Source of the DNA: an uncultured Chloroflexia bacterium
GTDB lineage: Bacteria > Chloroflexota > Ktedonobacteria > Ktedonobacterales > Ktedonobacteraceae
DNA: 64,000 bases
NCBI GenBank assembly: GCA_963799245.1
Contig: CAWCWN010000003.1
Location: 1,556,463 to 1,620,462, forward strand
Direction: 5' to 3'
Positions 58,509 through 64,000 of this stretch are shown one piece after another. A model generated the notes under the pieces. It did not search any database and was not told the origin of the DNA. It saw only the letters and a list, made by a program, of their open reading frames with translations. The first letter of the stretch is position 1. Each line of letters begins with the position of its first letter. A program made the position numbers and the translations under genes.

Positions 58509-59498
58509 GTGATTCTGTTGTTGGAAGCTCCAAATGTTGATGTTGGAGACTTGCAACAACAGGACGTGGTGAGTATGAGCCAACTCGAAGATGCTCTCGA
58601 AACCTACGAGTACGTAATCTCCAGTCTATCCGAACATACGCAGATCTCGTATCGAGATAAGCTGAAGGTGTTCGCTGCCTTTTGTTCCGACAACAGCATT
58701 GACCTTGCTGACATCACACCAAAGGTCTTCCGTAACTTCCTCGCTACTATCTCCGAAAGAGAGAATCCCCGTACCGGAATCCCGATCCGCGGCCATACTA
58801 TCACTAGCTACGGTCGCGTCATCAAAGTGTTCTTGAGGTGGGTATCTGGTTATGAGGAGTATGCTGGCTGCATCAAGCCAAGTACTCTACGATCCTTAGC
58901 TGTTCCTAAACTCGAACAGAAGACGAAGCCGACTTTAACTGTCGATGAGATTGCAAGACTGTATGTAGCCTGTAAGAAAGAGCACGCAACCCAACTCGCT
59001 GCTAGGGATACTGCGATACTGAGTGTATTGCTTGATACGGGAGTGAGAGCAAGTGAGTTGTGTGGTCTGGTGTTGAAGCATGTTCACCTACATCCACAGG
59101 ATTCCTATATTATGGTCCTCGGAAAAGGTAGGAAAGAACGAGAAGTCGGTCTTGGTACTCGTGCTAGAATTGATTTGCATCGTTACATTCGGCAATACCG
59201 AAAGTATGCTAGACCAGATGATGCTGTGTTTTTGAGTCGGTATGGCGAACCCCTCACCCGGAATGGCCTCGACCAAATCCTGTATCGGTTGAAAGAATGG
59301 GGTGATGTTAAGACAGAAGGTGGTGCCCATTTGTTTAGACACACTTACGCTACTATGTACCTCACAAGTGGCGGTGATGTGTATAAGCTATCTCGTTTGA
59401 TGGGTCATAACAACGTCACCACAACTGAAGGATATGTTCGTAGTATGGCTCAGCGGGATGCTCGTAAAGGTTCATCCGTCCTTGATAGCCTGAGGTAG
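58509..59498 (+). CDS. int: tyrosine-type site-specific recombinase / phage integrase
   Basis: LLDTGVRASELCGL...HLFRHTYATMYL...LMGHNNVTTTEGYV (R..HxxR..Y catalytic signature). Start may be the internal Met at 58575. Confidence 0.85.
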   Translation: MILLLEAPNVDVGDLQQQDVVSMSQLEDALETYEYVISSLSEHTQISYRDKLKVFAAFCSDNSIDLADITPKVFRNFLATISERENPRTGIPIRGHTITSYGRVIKVFLRWVSGYEEYAGCIKPSTLRSLAVPKLEQKTKPTLTVDEIARLYVACKKEHATQLAARDTAILSVLLDTGVRASELCGLVLKHVHLHPQDSYIMVLGKGRKEREVGLGTRARIDLHRYIRQYRKYARPDDAVFLSRYGEPLTRNGLDQILYRLKEWGDVKTEGGAHLFRHTYATMYLTSGGDVYKLSRLMGHNNVTTTEGYVRSMAQRDARKGSSVLDSLR

Positions 59499-59645
59499 CA
59501 ATACAAAAGTTGTTTTTTTTTCTTTTTGTTTTACGTGTTTGTTTCCCTGACAGAGGTACTACTCCTTGCGCAGCAAAATCAAGTGTACTATAATTTGCGA
59601 CAAATAACTGATTGTTTATCGTAGGCTCTGAAAGGGACTTTAATC

Positions 59646-60275
59646 ATGCCGGCAGCGCCTGAACCACAAGATGTGAAATGTGGTCATTGTAGAAACAATA
59701 CTGTTTGGAAACTACACGACCAATATAACTTAGACGAAGAATACGCGCTTGGGACTCAGGAGGTTTATCAGGTAAGGGGCTACTGTACCTTCATGTGTTC
59801 AACTTGCTTGCGTCCGACATTGTTACTAACCATAGGCGCATTCAGCGTTGTGGATGCAGAATGGCTTGGCGTCTCAACTAAGGTACTTTATCCCCAACCT
59901 CTTTCACAATTAGACAACCTGCCTGAAGCTGTTGAAAATAGGTACAATGCTGCTTTAAAGGTACGATATGTGGAGCCTAATTCTTTTGCCGTTATGGCTG
60001 GACGAACACTGGAAACAGCCTGCAATCATGAAAATGCCCAAGGGAAGGATTTAGCAGCAAAGCTCAATTATCTAGCCAATAAAGATCGTATTCCTCAAAC
60101 GCTAGCAGAGATGGCACATCAATTACGCCAACTTCGTAACCTCGGTGCCCATGATGCTGATGATGAGATAAATGAAGCAGACGTGCCGATCATTCTAGAC
60201 TTTCTCGAAGCTATCCTTGAGTACCTATACGTCGCCCCAGCAAAGGTCGAGGCTCTTAAGAATAGGCTCAAGTAA
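59646..60275 (+). CDS. DUF4145-domain protein with N-terminal zinc-ribbon (CGHC...CSTC)
   Basis: C-terminus HQLRQLRNLGAHDADDEINEADVPIILDFLEAILEYLY. Low GC. Confidence 0.5.
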   Translation: MPAAPEPQDVKCGHCRNNTVWKLHDQYNLDEEYALGTQEVYQVRGYCTFMCSTCLRPTLLLTIGAFSVVDAEWLGVSTKVLYPQPLSQLDNLPEAVENRYNAALKVRYVEPNSFAVMAGRTLETACNHENAQGKDLAAKLNYLANKDRIPQTLAEMAHQLRQLRNLGAHDADDEINEADVPIILDFLEAILEYLYVAPAKVEALKNRLK

Positions 60276-61076
60276 ACTTCATGACCTCCTACCGCCCGGC
60301 GAAACACCTTCAAAACCGGGATATTTTAAGCGACAACGACCTCGCATTATCAGATCGAACCCCTACAACAATGGGATGCTCGGAAAGGGTCATCCGTACT
60401 CGACCTGTTGTAAGTACTCCACTCGATGTCTCCCCGCGAAGTATCATATAATAGAATACGAAGTGCAGTTGACACGTGCAATCAGCAAGAGAGTTGCGAG
60501 GTGCTAGAACGTCCCACACGTGCCGGACGTCACACCAGCGTGTCAGTTGACAACCTTTCCTGTGAGACAGTACGACCATGCTCGGAACATCGTCTTGTAC
60601 TGTCTCATTTTTGTAGGTGAGCAAGAATCGTAATAGCTGCTATAGACTTAATGGGGTCACCGCTTGATTTTGCGGCGAGTTGTATCATATACTATAACTG
60701 TAACGCATAAAATGCAGAATTAACACGCGAAACGCTCCTTGTTCGAGGTGTTGTGGGTCCTCGAACGTGTGAGTTGTGATCGGAACTCTTGTCGAGTTGG
60801 GGAACTCAAGGTAGCCTTTCTTCGGTGGTGGAAGTGTACATCGGTCGCTAGCTTCACCAAGCTGGTGACCGATGTGCATGTTCACCAGGTACACCCACTG
60901 TGATCCTCTCTGATTACCCCACTGCGTAATCTGCAAGTTTCTCTACTGAGAAGCACCCGCTTTAGATGCACTTTTATCACGGTTTTACGCCAGTTTTCCC
61001 GGATTTGCTAGCCTGGGTGTTAGTTTAGGTCAGTCCTGCAATTTTCGACCGTATATCCGGTTATGAGCTAATAGGA

Positions 61077-61555
61077 ATGAGTATGGCGAGAGATGTCAAC
61101 GCCGCTGCTAGAGCCCAGTTAGCTGTGTCGCTAAAATCGAGCGTCACACCTATGCTGAGATTGCTCGCAGAACAGGATTTGCGGACGAAGCGAGTGCTCA
61201 CCGGGCCGTTCAGCGAGAAATCGGTCGTTGTCTTTCTGAGAAAGTCGAAGAGCTCCGTGTCGTTGAAGGTCTCGCATTGGATAGGCTCGAACGAGAACTC
61301 TGGCAGATGCTGCGTGATCCAAAGAAGACTGACCAAGACCGGTTACCGATAGTCGATCGTCTGCTAGCTGTGTCTGCGTCTCGTCGACGCTTATTCGGTG
61401 CGGATGTAGCCACCAGTAACGTCGTCGAAGGCAGTGCCACTGTCGTCCGTGAGGTCCCTTCAGGGTGGCTGTCGCTTCCTGTACCGGCCACAAACGGCAA
61501 CGGTCACGGTCCACAGGCCCAGCAGCCGGAACCCGTCCCGGACACTGACGAGTAA
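61077..61555 (+). pseudogene. terS: phage terminase small subunit-like (HTH ...TYAEIARRTGFADEASAHRAVQRE...), N-terminus in a different frame
   Basis: ATG-start frame (61077) gives MSMARDVNAAARAQLAVS. The HTH plus the rest of the protein (to 61555) is in the +2 frame with no start codon. The shift lies near 61115-61135. Confidence 0.4.
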
Positions 61556-61814
61556 CGTCGCAGAAAGGACCCGCTGTGCCACAGAACAACCAGATGACGT
61601 CTGAGGATGCCCTCTCGATACAGACCATAAGTGGTGGCGTCCTCGTAAGTTGGCCAGTTGAGGCACTCTCTGTGCTAGAGACGCTGGCTATCACACCTGT
61701 GCTGTTTGCGAGCTCGGACATGACGACTCGGGACGGTGTATCGTTCCTACAGACAAGCGATGGCCTGTCCGTACTCACTAGAAGGTAGCACCGTATGCAG
61801 AAAGGTTCCAGGGA

Positions 61815-63042
61815 TTGCAAGTAGCCACACCGAATGAGGTGGTGATCAAAGCTTCAGAGCTGCGTGGCGGTGCTCTCGAGCTCGGGCGAAATCGTGATCT
61901 CGAGGTCTGCATGGACGGACCTAGTGGGACTGGGAAGACGTTCGCTTGCTTGCTGAAGTTGCACGTGCTGCTCTCGCTCTATCCCGGATCGAAAGCCCTC
62001 GTGGCCCGTCGGTCCAACACAGCACTGGCCGCTAGTGCGATGGCAACCTACCGGAATCACATCTTGCACCCACAGGAACACGTCCGCTTCTACGGAGGTT
62101 CGCACGTCAAACCTGCTGCGTTTGAGTTTCCGAATGGGTCGATCCTGGCGATGACTGGATTAGACCGAGCGGAGAAGATTAAATCAACGGAATGGGACTA
62201 CGCGTTCCTGAACGAAGCTAGCGAATGCAGTAAATCAGATGTCGAGTTCGTACGCTCCAGACTCAGGAACGGGAAAGGTCCGTATCATCAACTGATCATG
62301 GATACGAACCCCGATGCCCCGACGCACTGGTTGCATAGTAGGATGAATGCCGGGATTACGACACGTGTCCTGTCTCGTCACGAAGATAACCCTTGGTTGT
62401 TCGATGCTCGAACGCAAGATTGGACACCTGCAGGCAGAGACTATATTTACGGTGTGCTAGGTGGTCTAACTGGCGTTCGGTTATCCCGTCTACGGTATGG
62501 TATCTGGTGTGCTGCGGAGGGAACAGTCTATCAAGACAGCTGGGATCGCTCTCGCAACGTGATTGGTGGTGTACTGATCCCAAGAGAGTGGCCGCGCTGA
62601 CTTGAGCGTTGACTTTGGTTATACAGCTCCGTTTACCTGTCTTTGGGCAGCCAAAGACCCGGATGGCAGACTGTTGATCTACAGACAGATCTACAAGACC
62701 AAGACGTTGGTCGAAGATCACGCTGTAAAGATCGCTGAAGTCTCTGGTTGGTATCACCTGCTCCCGAAGGAGCACCCGAAGCATGCTGACAAACCTGCCG
62801 ACTGGGCAGACCCATTACCACGTGAAGTCATCTGCGACACTGATGCGGAGGATCGCGCAACGCTCGAACGCCACCTTGGTTTATACACAACTCCCGCAAC
62901 TAAGACTGTCTCTGCAGGTATCCAGGCTGTGGCGTCTCGCTTCCGACCAGCAGGAGATGGCAAGCCGCGTGTCATGATTGTGCAGAACTGCCTAGTCGAA
63001 CGGGATGACGAACTGTCCGACGGAAACTGCCGACGTGTCTAG
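61815..63042 (+). pseudogene. terL: phage terminase large subunit split into ATPase (61815..62600) and nuclease (62602..63042) ORFs by a frameshift
   Basis: Walker A MDGPSGTGKTF and Walker B DYAFLNEASE in ORF 1. VDFGYTAPF...ICDTDAED nuclease motifs in ORF 2. A -1 shift between 62578 and 62598 would fuse them (..REWPRADLSVDFGY..). Confidence 0.65.
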
Positions 63043-63149
63043 AAGACGAACCGGACATGTATGTCTGGAAACGCGGTGAGACCAAAACCAAAAAGACGAA
63101 CCGCTGAAAGAGCATGACCATTCGTTAGACGCGTTACGGTATCTCGTCG

Positions 63150-63587
63150 CTAGGTTCGACCTCGTCCCTGGTGCGGTGTCCTACTATCCGAGTATCTGGC
63201 GTTAGTCCGGAGCGTTATAGCGTCGCCAGCCTCTGTGCGTCTTCGCCTTCCCAGCCCAGACGTCATGCAACGTCGTAGGGTCGAGGTCGTGCACACGGCA
63301 GAAATGCCGAAGGTTATTGGACCCCCAGACCGTACCCTCTGGGTCGACGAACGTATAGGTGCGGGTCGCGTAGTTTCTAGCTCGCACGGTTGACCTTCAA
63401 CGTATTTCGTCCAACCTTTGTGCGACCTGCATTCACCGGCATGCAACGCGTGCATCGTCACAGGATCTAACTGACGTTTGCGCGCAAAGGCTGTGATGTT
63501 GTACGTCCTCCAGTGCGTACCATCGGGACTCCAGAAGTGCGCGATGCGATGCTGTTGTCGGTTGTACACTACCCAGCCCGATGCCAC
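63150..63587 (-). other. tandem NUMOD-like DNA-binding repeats (homing-endonuclease-associated module), overlapping frames; likely degraded homing-endonuclease gene next to terL
   Basis: YNITAFARKRQLDPVTMHALHAGECRSHKGWTKY and NLRHFCRVHDLDPTTLHDVWAGKAKTHRGWRRY are repeated in two frames. Confidence 0.3.
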
Positions 63588-63718
63588 GTGCTGTCGCTTG
63601 CTTGCGGTCTGCTGACATGCGACGCCCCTTTCTGTGCTGTGCCATAGATGGTAGCTGTTGGTGATAGTTTAAGATGCTTTTGGTTATAAATCAAGCGAGT
63701 CGCTAGGGAGAATAGCTT

Positions 63719-64000
63719 ATGCAAGGTACGCTGACCTCTCAGATGCGTGCAGTGGATCCCTATCAGCCGACGCAGGCAGACCACGAACGCAGACGTCGTA
63801 TGCAGGAGGCCTGGGCGAGCTATCGTGGGGAGTTTAAACAGCCACTGAAAATAGCTGCCAATCAGCCGAACGACAATGTCATCACGAATCGCTGTGCCCC
63901 TATCGTGAATAAAGGTGTGAGTTTTTTATTCGGATCACCGTTGAAGGTTACCACACAGGACGTTGCCCAGCAGCGGTATCTGGACCGAGCTTGGGGAGAT
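63719..64000 (+). CDS. phage protein, partial (possibly portal/head morphogenesis); runs off window end
   Basis: ATG at 63719: MQGTLTSQMRAVDPYQPTQADHERRRRMQEAWASYRGEFKQPLKIAANQPNDNVITNR... Position after terL supports a morphogenesis role. Confidence 0.3.
   Translation, partial: MQGTLTSQMRAVDPYQPTQADHERRRRMQEAWASYRGEFKQPLKIAANQPNDNVITNRCAPIVNKGVSFLFGSPLKVTTQDVAQQRYLDRAWGD

Noticed and set aside
61131-61820. 229-aa minus-strand ORF across the terS region
   Set aside because: Opposite strand carries the TerS-like HTH and a coherent phage gene order; no motif in this ORF.
58464-64000. Search for attR (direct repeat of the tRNA-Phe 3' end) to delimit the integrative element
   Set aside because: No copy of ttcaattccgcgccttggcacca or its 3' half found by eye in the remaining window; the element end is presumably beyond 64000.

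Overview
This is a high-GC bacterial chromosomal segment. The gene content (many Ser/Thr kinases, a glmS ribozyme, a suf Fe-S operon, a compact pur operon) suggests a Chloroflexota/Ktedonobacteria-like genome, although no phylum-specific marker was checked. It is mostly housekeeping operons interspersed with accessory islands.

Main contents in order:
- 5' end: hisC (partial), rph, otsA, then a glmS ribozyme upstream of glmS.
- A small-membrane-protein region, then a hydrolase/dioxygenase pair divergent from an Lrp regulator.
- A low-GC island at about 11.7-18.7 kb: a PhnB-like VOC protein, two paralogous P-loop kinase-like genes, a MerR-HTH/GAF/degenerate-GGDEF regulator, and a non-RD Ser/Thr kinase with a 4-TM tail.
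- An MFS transporter, then a Gly/Trp/His-rich protein gene preceded by three palindromic GATATATC sites.
- A kinase gene fragment, an Atl-like MGMT-family protein, a DUF5996-like protein, an HpcH aldolase, eno, an alpha/beta hydrolase, iaaA, a membrane pseudokinase, and a ROK remnant.
- HxlR and HIT proteins, and an SPFH membrane protein.
- An operon of ANTAR response regulator, RicT (YaaT) and a translationally coupled Cys/Gly-rich small protein.
- aroF, then a suf operon: Rrf2 regulator, sufC, sufD, sufS, sufU and a Rieske protein.
- A pur operon: purS, purL, a purQ-purM fusion, purC, purF, purD, purE and purN. It has unusual architectures: an extra PurS-like half fused to the PurL N-terminus, a C7 homopolymer at the purS/purL junction, and the PurQ-PurM fusion.
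- A three-gene cluster: an RlmJ-like methyltransferase-fold protein, a Dam-family N6-adenine methyltransferase carrying a large insertion, and an AMP-nucleosidase-like protein with an N-terminal extension.
- gpsA with a (GGAA)7 microsatellite upstream, and a LysM-CHAP hydrolase.
- A tRNA-Phe followed by a tyrosine integrase and a degraded prophage: DUF4145, frameshifted terS and terL, and a homing-endonuclease-like remnant.

No CRISPR array and no rRNA were seen. All homology calls are from reading the translations by eye against remembered family motifs; no database search was run.
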